DNA from: Candidatus Uhrbacteria bacterium
GTDB taxonomy: Bacteria > Patescibacteriota > Patescibacteriia > JACQRZ01
Assembly: GCA_016206175.1 (NCBI GenBank)
Contig: JACQSB010000007.1
Location: 8,639 to 72,638 of the forward strand
Reading direction: 5' to 3'
DNA length: 64,000 nucleotides
Within the stretch, counting starts at the first letter, position 1, and every line of letters begins with the position of its first letter. The notes beneath the pieces are model-generated. The model worked only from the letters and a program-made list of their open reading frames with translations, was not told the origin of the DNA and ran no database searches. Both the position numbers and the translations under genes were made by a program. Positions 20,433 through 29,203 of this stretch are shown piece after piece.

Positions 20433-20612
20433 CTATTCCTCACTGCAGCACTTGCAGCCCTCACCGCTTTCTTCCATACAACATTTTTTTTCGTCAGAAC
20501 CTTTTTCTTCACAACAGACATTGACTCCCGCGCAGCAGGAGCCCTGGCAGCAGTCCCCTTTTTGGCACTGCCCGCCTTCACATTGTTCACACGTTTGTTT
20601 GTCGTCGTGCAT
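20433..20612 (-). CDS. Small Cys-rich (metallothionein-like) protein, 59 aa, 14 Cys
   Basis: Hand translation gives MHDDKQTCEQCEGGQCQKGDCCQGSCCAGVNVCCEEKGSDEKKCCMEESGEGCKCCSEE, with a clean ATG and TAG. It sits 21 nt after the grx stop and 6 nt before the trxB start. Not in the supplied track because it is shorter than 60 aa. Confidence 0.45.
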   Translation of the reverse strand: MHDDKQTCEQCEGGQCQKGDCCQGSCCAGVNVCCEEKGSDEKKCCMEESGEGCKCCSEE

Positions 20613-20633
20613 GGGTAGGTATGTTATGGGTTA

Positions 20634-20873
20634 TTAGGCAGATAACGCAAGCAACTCCGCGAGTTTTGACTTGTCAAATCCAACCACGAGGTTCCCGTCG
20701 ATATCGATCACCGGCACGCCGAGCTGGCCGCTTTTCTGCACCATCTCATCGCGAGCTGCCGCATCCACGCTTACATCTTTTTCAGTATATTCCACATTAT
20801 TTTCTTGAAAATAGGCTTTCGCCATCTTGCAGTACCCGCATGTGGGGGTTGAGTAAATCGTCACGTTTGCCAT
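20634..20873 (-). CDS. Glutaredoxin-family protein (NrdH/Grx-like)
   Basis: 79 aa, thioredoxin fold with CGYC active site, GVPVIDIDG and GFD motifs. Confidence 0.8.
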   Translation of the reverse strand: MANVTIYSTPTCGYCKMAKAYFQENNVEYTEKDVSVDAAARDEMVQKSGQLGVPVIDIDGNLVVGFDKSKLAELLALSA

Positions 20874-20950
20874 AGGATAATTCCATTACGAATTAAGTAG
20901 GGACAGTATACTGCCGGTAAAAAAAATACGCAATGGGATAACTTGGGCTC

Positions 20951-21006
20951 TTGACACATAGTATGCCTTATGGTAATGTACTATTGTACTAGTACAATAG
21001 TACATT
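20951..21006 (+). promoter_or_regulatory. Sigma70-like promoter overlapping a 32-bp perfect palindromic operator
   Basis: TTGACA (20951-20956), 17-nt spacer, TAATGT (20974-20979). Perfect palindrome AATGTACTATTGTACT|AGTACAATAGTACATT at 20975-21006, ending 2 nt before the regulator ATG. Confidence 0.55.
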
Positions 21007-21008
21007 CT

Positions 21009-21284
21009 ATGAGTGAAAAAAAGAGATTTCTTGATGCCCTCCAGCGAGCAAGCCAAAACGCAAAGCTGCTTGATAATTTTCTGTGTGATCTCTTGACTGA
21101 TGACGAGTACTCAGAGCTTGTAACGCGGTGGAGGATCGTACGTGAGCTCCAACACGGCAAGGCGCAACGTCGGATCGCGGCAGGACTTGGTGTTGGGATT
21201 GCGACCGTGACGCGAGGATCGAAGATGTTGAAAAACAAAAAAGGAGGATTCCAAAAGATATTACAAACCTATGAAAACATATAA
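21009..21284 (+). CDS. TrpR-like DNA-binding protein, YerC/YecD family
   Basis: Signature ...DEYSELVTRWRIVRELQHGKAQRRIAAGLGVGIATVTRGSKMLK. Start taken at ATG 21009; the table ORF begins inside the palindrome at 20970. Confidence 0.75.
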   Translation: MSEKKRFLDALQRASQNAKLLDNFLCDLLTDDEYSELVTRWRIVRELQHGKAQRRIAAGLGVGIATVTRGSKMLKNKKGGFQKILQTYENI

Positions 21285-21367
21285 ACAACAATCAATCTGG
21301 TGGCAGTCGGAATGTGAGAAGTACACGCCTTCCGGCTAGTTTTTGCATAGAGATCAAAACTCAAGAG

Positions 21368-21385
21368 GAGAACGCATGCGTTCTC
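21368..21385. terminator. 18-bp perfect palindrome between convergent genes (possible bidirectional terminator or regulatory hairpin)
   Basis: GAGAACGCATGCGTTCTC. No clear U-tract follows it. Confidence 0.3.
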
Positions 21386-21470
21386 ACTCAAATCGCAGAA
21401 AAATTATCTGCAACACTCGACAAGTAGAGTGTGAAGCATGTGGCCCTATCGTATCGGCGGGGCTTCTTTA

Positions 21471-22085
21471 TTATTGTCGCCGATACAGTCCGATCAGTTC
21501 GGTAGCGGCAAGAATATGTCCTTGCATTGCCTTTTCTACATCCGCCTTTGATGAGATGGCTGGCAGGTCGAGCATGATGTCAAGCGCATACAATTTGAAA
21601 AAATACCGATGCTCGCCGTCTGGCGGACAAGGGTTGTAGTAATCTTGCCCACCGCCGGTATTACGGCCCACAATGCCAGGAGGCATTTCCCCTTCTCCAA
21701 TGCCCTGTGTCGATGGCGGCATATTCCACACCACCCAATGATCCCACATGCCATCTGAACGAATACTTTTTGGGACGTCAGGGTCATCCATAAGCAATGC
21801 AAGACCCTTCGCTTCGGGAAGAATCTCGGAAAATACAAGCGGCGGATTGATGCCGCTCCCATCACATGTATAAACAGCAGGAATACTGCCATTATTTTCA
21901 AATGCTGTACTGGTAATTTTCATACGTGCATTACGATAAGAAGTAAGGGTTTCTTGGGATTTCGATGTATCTGTCTGCGAAGGTGACGGAGCAGGTGGAT
22001 TTGTCTGTTGACCCAGATTCAATACGACAACAGAAATAATGATCGCTGCTATCACGACCAACAATATGATTGTTTTGGGACGCAT
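21471..22085 (-). CDS. YbhB/YbcL-family protein (PEBP/RKIP-like) with signal anchor
   Basis: PEBP-type segment (TCDGSGINPPL...DPDVP...WDHWVVWNMP...YFFKLYALD). Start taken at ATG 22085. Confidence 0.8.
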   Translation of the reverse strand: MRPKTIILLVVIAAIIISVVVLNLGQQTNPPAPSPSQTDTSKSQETLTSYRNARMKITSTAFENNGSIPAVYTCDGSGINPPLVFSEILPEAKGLALLMDDPDVPKSIRSDGMWDHWVVWNMPPSTQGIGEGEMPPGIVGRNTGGGQDYYNPCPPDGEHRYFFKLYALDIMLDLPAISSKADVEKAMQGHILAATELIGLYRRQ

Positions 22086-22087
22086 AT

Positions 22088-23308
22088 TTATAGGATAACA
22101 TCCTCTAGTCGCTTCGGAAATCTGGAAAGTACAAAAGCGTAATCTTTCTGCGCTACAATCGTATCCTCGATACGCACACCGCCAGCTGGAATACTGCCAA
22201 GCGGGCGCGGATAATACAGACCAGGCTCTACCGTAACAACCATGTCTTCTCGCAGTTCCGCATGGCAAGAGCCGAGGCGTGGCTCTTCGTGAATCTCAAG
22301 TCCTACACCATGACCAAGACCGTGAATAAATCCATACACAGGACGCGAAGAGAGATTCGTTGGATAACCTTTCTCTTCAAAAGAATTTTTCACCCACTCA
22401 TAAATTTCAAATCCGTCGACGCCTGCACGGATTTTTTCAATAGCCCCTGCCTGCGCCTCATATACCACCTCGTACAACGCTTGCATCTCTTGTGACGGCT
22501 CTCCTTTGAATACGGTACGAGTGCAGTCAGTAAAATACAGCGACGTGCGGGAGCGAGGGAAAATATCAAGCACGATCGGCTGATACGCTAAAAGCGGTCC
22601 GCTGCCCCGCATATGCGGATCGGCCGCCTGTATACCACAAGCAACGATTGTGTCGCTGGCAAGAAAGCCGTCTTGGTACAACGAATGTTCAATGATATCT
22701 CGCACAGCTTCTGACGTCAGGACTCCTTCACCGTACGAGGGGTGCGTAATATATTCGCCGCTAATACGCGCTTCGTTTAACACAGTACAGGCGCGCTCCA
22801 ATGCGCGATCCACCGCCGCTTGCGCAGAAGCGATCTCCGCTATCTCGTGTGGTTGTTTACAAATACGCTCCGGGTAAAAAACTTCACGGCACACGGATAC
22901 GGAAAAATGGTTTGATAGATCCTCCCCAACGTGGAAAGGGATGCCGCCGGAAACTTCAACCGTATCAATATCTTTGCTTTTGAGAAACGCAACGAGAGCG
23001 GACTCTCCCCTTTCTTTTGCGGCATGCGCATAGGATTCCAAATGCACAACTTCGTCAACGCGCGCTTGCTTATGCGCACGCTCAACTTCTAGGGAAGATG
23101 CGAGGAGATATCGCTTGCCATCAATCTCTGCAAGAGTCACGGGATCGGGCACGCGGAATTGCGTACGCCACAACAGGTCGGCGCAAAAATGCGGCGACCC
23201 GAAATCCGTAGCTCCATGGAGTATTTTTGCATGCATAGACATATCAAAACAAATCCGGGCGCACAACGCAACCCGCAGCGAGTCAACCCACGACGGCTGC
23301 ACACTCAC
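22088..23308 (-). CDS. M24-family metallopeptidase (Xaa-Pro aminopeptidase/prolidase-like)
   Basis: Pita-bread fold metal ligands (DIFPRS..., [27 protein letters not shown]). The start may be an internal ATG near 23242. Confidence 0.8.
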   Translation of the reverse strand: MSVQPSWVDSLRVALCARICFDMSMHAKILHGATDFGSPHFCADLLWRTQFRVPDPVTLAEIDGKRYLLASSLEVERAHKQARVDEVVHLESYAHAAKERGESALVAFLKSKDIDTVEVSGGIPFHVGEDLSNHFSVSVCREVFYPERICKQPHEIAEIASAQAAVDRALERACTVLNEARISGEYITHPSYGEGVLTSEAVRDIIEHSLYQDGFLASDTIVACGIQAADPHMRGSGPLLAYQPIVLDIFPRSRTSLYFTDCTRTVFKGEPSQEMQALYEVVYEAQAGAIEKIRAGVDGFEIYEWVKNSFEEKGYPTNLSSRPVYGFIHGLGHGVGLEIHEEPRLGSCHAELREDMVVTVEPGLYYPRPLGSIPAGGVRIEDTIVAQKDYAFVLSRFPKRLEDVIL

Positions 23309-23697
23309 GTGGCCGCCGTCTTTTTTTTGAAATCAAGAGCTGCTGAGTTGATACAGTAGCGTTTGCCGGTTGGTGCAGGACCATCGTCAAACACGTGTCC
23401 AAGATGCGAACCGCACGCTGCGCAGACTACTTCCGTGCGTACCATCCCATGACTTGTATCTGCGCGCAAAAGTACTGCGCCGTCTTGCACGGCCTGCCAA
23501 AAACTCGGCCATCCGCTGCCGGACTCAAATTTCGTATCGGAAGAAAAAAGCTCCTGCCCGCAAGCAACACAGAGGTACATCCCTTTTCCATGATGGCCGT
23601 AGTATTTGCCGGAAAATGGAAGCTCTGTGCCGCCAAGCATACAGACAGTATATTGCTCCGGCGTTAATTTTTTCTTCAGCTCTTCTTTGGATTGCAT
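23305..23697 (-). CDS. msrB: Peptide methionine sulfoxide reductase MsrB
   Basis: SelR fold with two CxxC pairs (CVACGQ, CAACGS) and RYCINSAAL. Confidence 0.9.
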   Translation of the reverse strand: MQSKEELKKKLTPEQYTVCMLGGTELPFSGKYYGHHGKGMYLCVACGQELFSSDTKFESGSGWPSFWQAVQDGAVLLRADTSHGMVRTEVVCAACGSHLGHVFDDGPAPTGKRYCINSAALDFKKKTAAT

Positions 23698-24509
23698 ATC
23701 ACGTTTGCTATCTCATGTAATAAATCGCTGGCGAGCATGCCCTCGCCATATTTCTTCGCTGCCTTCTCCCCTGCTCTGCCATTGATGTATGCCGCCGCGC
23801 AAGCCGCGCGCAACGGGTCAATACCGCGCGCTAAGAGTGCGCCGCAGATGCCGGCAAGCGTATCACCACATCCCCCCTTTGTCATATACGGCGTACCTGT
23901 CTTGTTGCGAATACATTTTGAACCATCAGAAATGATATCGGTATTTCCTTTCAGGAGAATTATTGTGCAAAATCGCTTTGCTGCATTTCTGACTTCTTGT
24001 TCCCTCACGCGGACAGATTGCGTGACGCGCACGTCGGTAAGCGCGAAGAATTCATCGGCATGAGGAGTAAGAATGGCGATTTTCCCTTTCACGCAAGTGG
24101 CGTTTTGTCCCACCGCACGGATAGCCTCTGCATCGATCACCAGTGGCACTGAGATCTTACTGAGAATTTCTCTGATCGTCCGATACGTTTCCGACGTACG
24201 CGCTAACCCTCCGCCGATAATGCAAGCGGTTGCCTTGCGCGATAGCTTCAATACATAAGAAACGTGGCGCGCGGATAGCTCTCCATCGAGTGGATGCGTT
24301 ATGAAGTCCGGCATAGAGCATGCTGCAACGTCCATAGCTCGTTTCGGGCCCACAAGATAGGTAAGATCCGTACCGGCGCGCAATGCGGCTCCTGCGTTAA
24401 AAATTGGCGATCCGGTATGATTAGAGCTTCCGCCGATCACAAGCACGGCGCCAAAGTCACCTTTATGCGACCACGCCGACCGCCGTGAATAGATTGTGGT
24501 GAGATTCAT
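23676..24509 (-). CDS. ADP-dependent NAD(P)H-hydrate dehydratase (YjeF C-terminal/Nnr2 domain)
   Basis: Carbohydrate-kinase-like fold motifs ([12 protein letters not shown]..., [10 protein letters not shown]). Confidence 0.8.
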   Translation of the reverse strand: MNLTTIYSRRSAWSHKGDFGAVLVIGGSSNHTGSPIFNAGAALRAGTDLTYLVGPKRAMDVAACSMPDFITHPLDGELSARHVSYVLKLSRKATACIIGGGLARTSETYRTIREILSKISVPLVIDAEAIRAVGQNATCVKGKIAILTPHADEFFALTDVRVTQSVRVREQEVRNAAKRFCTIILLKGNTDIISDGSKCIRNKTGTPYMTKGGCGDTLAGICGALLARGIDPLRAACAAAYINGRAGEKAAKKYGEGMLASDLLHEIANVICNPKKS

Positions 24510-24545
24510 ACGATATGATATGATACAGGTACTTCATTACTTAGT

Positions 24546-25493
24546 ATGCAGCCACTAATCCACTCTTTTCTTCAATTGCTTGAATCGTACGTGTTTGTCA
24601 TGGCGATTTCTCTTGTGCTTGGTTTGGTGTTCCCTGCTTTCTTCGCACCTCTCGCAGCATACTCCGCTTTTCTCCTGCAAACTATCTTTTTTCTGACCGG
24701 ATTAAAAATCGACATCAGGGAAGTAAAACGGCACATCACGCAACCGCTACGCCTTATCATCGCCCTTGCCGTCATGCTCATCGTATTTCCTATTATAGCA
24801 TATCCGATCGCACGCTACCTCGTGCCGGATGCCAGCATCGGAATCTTTCTGCTTGCCGCAATGCCAAGCGCCATGTCGGCACCGCTTTTTGCGTCTCTAG
24901 CAGGCGGGTCCATAGAGCTTGCGCTCGTGGTATCGGTGCTCACATCAGCGCTCGCGCCTTTTACGATTCCCTTGGTAGGCGCAATCGCACTTGGCAATGG
25001 CATCGATCTCTCCCCCATAAAAATGCTTACTGATCTCCTCTTACTCGTATTTCCTCCTTTCCTCTTAGCGCAAATTGTCCGCTCGTTTTTCCATTCGCAT
25101 ATTGAACCTGCAAGCTTTGCCCTCAAACCACTTTCCATTGTGCTCCTTGGCTTAGTGACGACTGCTATCATAGCAAAAAACGCCGCGGAGATATTTGCAA
25201 GCTTTACGTTTGAACTCTTGCCGGTGTTTGCCGCCGTATTCATCTTTGCCGTGGTAACGCATTGTATCGGATACCTCATCGGCATTGGAAAACCTCATGC
25301 CGACAAAGTAGCGTACGCGATTAGCCTTGCTTACATGAATATCGTGCTTGCGATTTACCTTGCCGGTAAATTTTTCCCGAACCCAAAAACCATTCTCACG
25401 ACTATTATAGCGCTGTTATTCTGGACCGTGCTCTTTGCCGCGTTTCGCGCAATAGCAATCAAAATTGCTCCACGCCAATCATCGGCGGCGTGA
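24546..25493 (+). CDS. BASS-family transporter (bile acid:Na+ symporter-like)
   Basis: About 10 TM segments and SBF-like crossover motifs (MPSAMSAPLFASLAGG). Confidence 0.7.
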   Translation: MQPLIHSFLQLLESYVFVMAISLVLGLVFPAFFAPLAAYSAFLLQTIFFLTGLKIDIREVKRHITQPLRLIIALAVMLIVFPIIAYPIARYLVPDASIGIFLLAAMPSAMSAPLFASLAGGSIELALVVSVLTSALAPFTIPLVGAIALGNGIDLSPIKMLTDLLLLVFPPFLLAQIVRSFFHSHIEPASFALKPLSIVLLGLVTTAIIAKNAAEIFASFTFELLPVFAAVFIFAVVTHCIGYLIGIGKPHADKVAYAISLAYMNIVLAIYLAGKFFPNPKTILTTIIALLFWTVLFAAFRAIAIKIAPRQSSAA

Positions 25494-26471
25494 CTTGCGG
25501 ACAAAAGTATAATGATCGCTGGATCCTTGAGACGCAAGAGGAATCGTTATAAACCCGCGCAGGAGCCATTTTTTTTTATAAACCTCGCTGCCCTTTCCTT
25601 CCATTGCGGCATTCATTACTTCTTGCATCTGCGATGGCAAGAGGCTATCGGCAATGCTTGCAAACTCATGATCCGATAAGATGTATCCACCCGGCACAAG
25701 CGCAGCGAGAGATGCGGGGTCTTGATCAAGGTCAATGCCGGTCGTCCGATACCCGAGAAGCATTCCGATCTTGTTAGGAGCCTCAAAGCGTGAAGGCGTT
25801 TTACGCTTTTCCGGCTTATAGTCCGGAGCAAACCGGCCTGTTTTTGTGCGCCATTCCTCTTTCACGTCGTCGGTAATAAGCCAGTGGTCAGGATCCTCGG
25901 TAAGCTGCTCGGCGACTCTCCGGATACCAAGCGCCTCATCGCTCTCTTCTTGCGTAGCAGCATACGCCTCCGGGGAAAGAAATAATTCAGAATGAAAGGT
26001 GATAAGCACGTCTTCTTCGCCTTGTCCAAAATCAAACTTGAATCGCAGCCCATCACCAACCCATTCCGGTTGATGCGTAATAATCTTGGAAATACGGTCT
26101 TCTACTTCAGTGCATATTTTCGGATCGTGCAGCTCCGGATCCACCATCATGATAGTGCGAGAGCCAAGACAGAGTGGAAATTCGATATCTTTCCGAGCTC
26201 CCACATATACGGTTGGATACTTCTTGAATATTTCTTCATCAATGAGCTTATCCGTGCGAATATCTACGACGAATGCACGCTTCTGCGCAATCGCCGCATC
26301 AACGTTGCCTGTCTCTGCGCCGATATGCGCGTACGCTAAGCGCAGATGCTCGGTGGGCAGCACACTATCAGACGGATGGGCATAATCGCGCGATGTCCGT
26401 TCTTTTGTACGAAATCGGTCTGGCACTCGCGCTGGTTGTGGCGTAAAACTTTGTTCTCGCGATTTTCTCAT
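25479..26471 (-). CDS. Hypothetical protein (330 aa), no confident family
   Basis: Long ORF tightly packed between arfB (4-nt overlap) and the convergent transporter gene. No diagnostic motif recognised. Confidence 0.4.
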   Translation of the reverse strand: MRKSREQSFTPQPARVPDRFRTKERTSRDYAHPSDSVLPTEHLRLAYAHIGAETGNVDAAIAQKRAFVVDIRTDKLIDEEIFKKYPTVYVGARKDIEFPLCLGSRTIMMVDPELHDPKICTEVEDRISKIITHQPEWVGDGLRFKFDFGQGEEDVLITFHSELFLSPEAYAATQEESDEALGIRRVAEQLTEDPDHWLITDDVKEEWRTKTGRFAPDYKPEKRKTPSRFEAPNKIGMLLGYRTTGIDLDQDPASLAALVPGGYILSDHEFASIADSLLPSQMQEVMNAAMEGKGSEVYKKKWLLRGFITIPLASQGSSDHYTFVRKSRRR

Positions 26472-26914
26472 ATGTACGGAGGTTTTCTGCTTTCTTTCTT
26501 TTGTGCATGCTCTCGTTTTGCTTCCAGCCGTTTTTCACGCGCGCGGCGCGATGGCTTTGTCTTTTTGCGTTCCGGTTTCTCAACAAGAGCTTCTTGCACA
26601 AGAACGACAAGCCGCCTGACGACTTCTTCTTTGTTTCGCAACTGTGAACGGTATGTCCCGCAATGCAGGACCACGTCACCGGCGGCAGAGATTCTATTTT
26701 TCAGTTTTGCACGCAGCAGTACCTGCTGCTCCTCGGTGAGGATCGCTGAACGGTCAATATTCCATGCAACGGTGACGCGCGTTGCGACCTTATTCACATT
26801 CTGCCCTCCCGGTCCGCCGCTGCGGCTCAGAGAAAAGGAAAGTTCGGATTCAGGGATAAAAAATGGTTGTTCACGCAAATGTTCTCTCATAGACATTTCA
26901 TCTAGCCAGCACAC
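26468..26914 (-). CDS. arfB: Alternative ribosome-rescue factor ArfB (peptidyl-tRNA hydrolase, GGQ family)
   Basis: GGQ motif SGGPGGQNVNK and a basic C-terminal tail. Size matches ArfB/YaeJ. Confidence 0.8.
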   Translation of the reverse strand: MCWLDEMSMREHLREQPFFIPESELSFSLSRSGGPGGQNVNKVATRVTVAWNIDRSAILTEEQQVLLRAKLKNRISAAGDVVLHCGTYRSQLRNKEEVVRRLVVLVQEALVEKPERKKTKPSRRAREKRLEAKREHAQKKESRKPPYI

Positions 26915-27375
26915 ACACCGCGGCCATGCTTTTCAAAATACCGCTGATGATATTCCTCTGCCTTATAAAAATCGCTGGCAGATGCAATCTCCGTGACAAT
27001 GGGATCGCTGTATCTGCCCGAATGTTCGCGAGCGGTTTTTGATGCGCGTGCGGCTTTTTCCTGCTCTGGCGTGTGATAAAAAATTCCGGAACGGTATTGC
27101 GATCCAACATCTGGTCCTTGCCGATTTGGTGTTGTAGGATCGTGCATATCCCAAAAGACATCAAGCAAGTCACCGTAAGATATGATCGACGGATCAAATG
27201 TCACCTCCACCGCTTCCGCATGTCCGGTGGTATCAGTACATACATCTTCATAGGAAGGGTTCAAGGTATGCCCGCCGGTATAGCCGACAATCACATCGAC
27301 GACTCCGCGTAGAGCGCGAAATCGATCTTCCACACCCCAAAAACATCCAGCAGCAAAGGTTGCTTTCTGCGTCAT
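26902..27375 (-). CDS. msrA: Peptide methionine sulfoxide reductase MsrA
   Basis: Active site GCFWG and conserved GYTGG...YHQ. Confidence 0.9.
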   Translation of the reverse strand: MTQKATFAAGCFWGVEDRFRALRGVVDVIVGYTGGHTLNPSYEDVCTDTTGHAEAVEVTFDPSIISYGDLLDVFWDMHDPTTPNRQGPDVGSQYRSGIFYHTPEQEKAARASKTAREHSGRYSDPIVTEIASASDFYKAEEYHQRYFEKHGRGVCAG

Positions 27376-27420
27376 ACTACACGTTCAATAAAGTCCTTCA
27401 AGCTCCGGTAGCATACAGTA

Positions 27421-29172
27421 TCATCGACGCAAAAGTCCACCCCATTCGACAACCACGAACCCATTGCGAGCAGCAGCCTTGAGGGTTTGTGGTGGCAAAT
27501 CAACGAATTCATTCAAACCTTCAAAATCCAAAAATACGCGGATGACTATATCCGGCTGCGGTGAGATATGCAATGGCGCAAGTGTATCCATCTCACGGCT
27601 TGGCAGCCAACTCAAACGAACATACGGCGTATCCGGCATACGCGGCAGCCAAAAATCGGCAAAGTCTGCACGCTCCTTTTCGTTAAGCCCGAGCTGGCGT
27701 AAGTGCTGCTCGATTGTCTGCTTTACATCACCGCGCGATACCACAAAGCCGGATCGAATCTGCGGGTACGATCCATTCCCCTGCCCCTCCCAAAAAAGTG
27801 AATCATACTTTTTGCCATCCTTCGTGAAAAGCGTCCCGTCAGGAAGCACATGCACCTTCCACCCATCCCCATACAAGGGATCAGACACATGAACGGAGGC
27901 ATCAACCTGCACGGAAATATCTGTCGGTTTTTTTGGATACAAGTAGATCACCGGCTTGCCGCACTCAACTGCCGGTCCGTAGGCAGAATTGTTGTATGCC
28001 ACATATCTGTCGAGCGCATCCTTTATAACAAGCAGAGGATGTTTTTGTGAAAAGTCCTTGAACGGAATGGTACGTACTTTCCCATCGCTGGAGTAGTATG
28101 TACCGTTGGTCGTATCATAGAGATACCGAGCAACCGGATTATCGACTTTCGCAAATTCATATACCGTATCGCCATTCTCCGCCGTGCCAGCAGCAACGAT
28201 TTCTGATACTGCTAATGGAGCAATGAGCGCTAAAAACGCTCCTGCGCCGCATCCGGTTGTATTGATAAGCTGAAAAGTGTCTGTGTTGCGCTTGCCGTCA
28301 TTCCAGCTAACCGCTGCGACACCGTCGTCTTTCAGTATGCCTTCGGGGATGTACTGATAGGTTTCCTCCAAACCATTTGGTTTTACAAGCACAAATGACT
28401 CGACAAGGAGTTCTCTCACTTCACCGGGACGTATTTCGGAATAGAGAATGCCGTATGGCGTCTTGGCAACTTCTGTTCGGGATTGCGGCGCAGTCTCCAA
28501 TCCGATATATCCACCAAAGCTTTGCAGTTCAACGCCGTTATAGGAAATCGTCTCTTGGTCAGATACTGAACGGTACACCTTCTCATAATTGATTTTGATG
28601 CTTTCGATCGGCTGCGCTCCGTAGAATTGCTTGTTTTCCGGATTGTAGTTATCAGAATTCTGCACGATGTATTCGTACGATCCACCCGCTGTACGCAAGA
28701 GGTAGGCGACATAATCGTCTCCCGGTCCTTCCGGCGGGATTGTTGCCAAGATAATATCATTGCCACTTTCAGTGCCGGTCTTGTAGTAGGTAATGCCTTC
28801 GGCGTAAACCGGTTTGCCTTTTTGCACGCCGGGCGGTAGTGTTTCATCTTCGTATTCAAATACACGGAATAGTTTCAAGTCCTCCGCCAACTTGCGCGGT
28901 TTTGGCAACCATACTACACCCGGATCTTCAATGAGCTGACCAGACACGACTGTCGCTGGCAAAGATGTAGTCGTGTCTGGCTCCTGCGGCGCACCTTGTT
29001 CTACCACCTTCTGTTCTCCGCTCGGTTTGTCCTCTTGTACGACAGGGGTGGCAGTTGCTGGTGCGCGTGGCGGTGCTGCCTTGAAATACATAATGGTAAC
29101 CACGGCTGCAAGTGCAGCTGATAGCAAAGATGCTCCCATACTAATAAGCACGATTTTTGCTGTTTGGTTCAT
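27421..29172 (-). CDS. Membrane-anchored extracytoplasmic protein (583 aa), unknown function
   Basis: N-terminal TM, Pro/Thr-rich linker, large extracytoplasmic domain with no recognised motif. Confidence 0.5.
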   Translation of the reverse strand: MNQTAKIVLISMGASLLSAALAAVVTIMYFKAAPPRAPATATPVVQEDKPSGEQKVVEQGAPQEPDTTTSLPATVVSGQLIEDPGVVWLPKPRKLAEDLKLFRVFEYEDETLPPGVQKGKPVYAEGITYYKTGTESGNDIILATIPPEGPGDDYVAYLLRTAGGSYEYIVQNSDNYNPENKQFYGAQPIESIKINYEKVYRSVSDQETISYNGVELQSFGGYIGLETAPQSRTEVAKTPYGILYSEIRPGEVRELLVESFVLVKPNGLEETYQYIPEGILKDDGVAAVSWNDGKRNTDTFQLINTTGCGAGAFLALIAPLAVSEIVAAGTAENGDTVYEFAKVDNPVARYLYDTTNGTYYSSDGKVRTIPFKDFSQKHPLLVIKDALDRYVAYNNSAYGPAVECGKPVIYLYPKKPTDISVQVDASVHVSDPLYGDGWKVHVLPDGTLFTKDGKKYDSLFWEGQGNGSYPQIRSGFVVSRGDVKQTIEQHLRQLGLNEKERADFADFWLPRMPDTPYVRLSWLPSREMDTLAPLHISPQPDIVIRVFLDFEGLNEFVDLPPQTLKAAARNGFVVVEWGGLLRR

Positions 29173-29203
29173 ACGAATATGTGATAATAATACGGGCAGT
29201 ATA

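Noticed and set aside
20348-20637. Alternative ORFs 20348..20590 (minus) and 20410..20637 (plus) over the Cys-rich locus
   Set aside because: The first overlaps the trxB start and the second is antisense. The 59-aa Cys-rich frame has clean ATG/TAG boundaries fitted exactly between grx and trxB.
25479-26471. Possible 2H-phosphoesterase (LigT-like) assignment for the 330-aa hypothetical protein, based on two H-x-T/S-x motifs (FHSEL, DHYTF)
   Set aside because: The motifs are about 160 residues apart, versus about 80 in 2H enzymes, and there is no other supporting similarity. Left as hypothetical.
26346-26996. 216-aa plus-strand ORF antisense to arfB/msrA; similar antisense ORFs at 30692..31468, 33391..33963, 10872..11282, 11764..12336 and 5369..5959
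   Set aside because: Each lies entirely opposite a well-supported conserved gene and has an Arg/Ser/Cys-rich composition typical of antisense frames in GC-balanced DNA.
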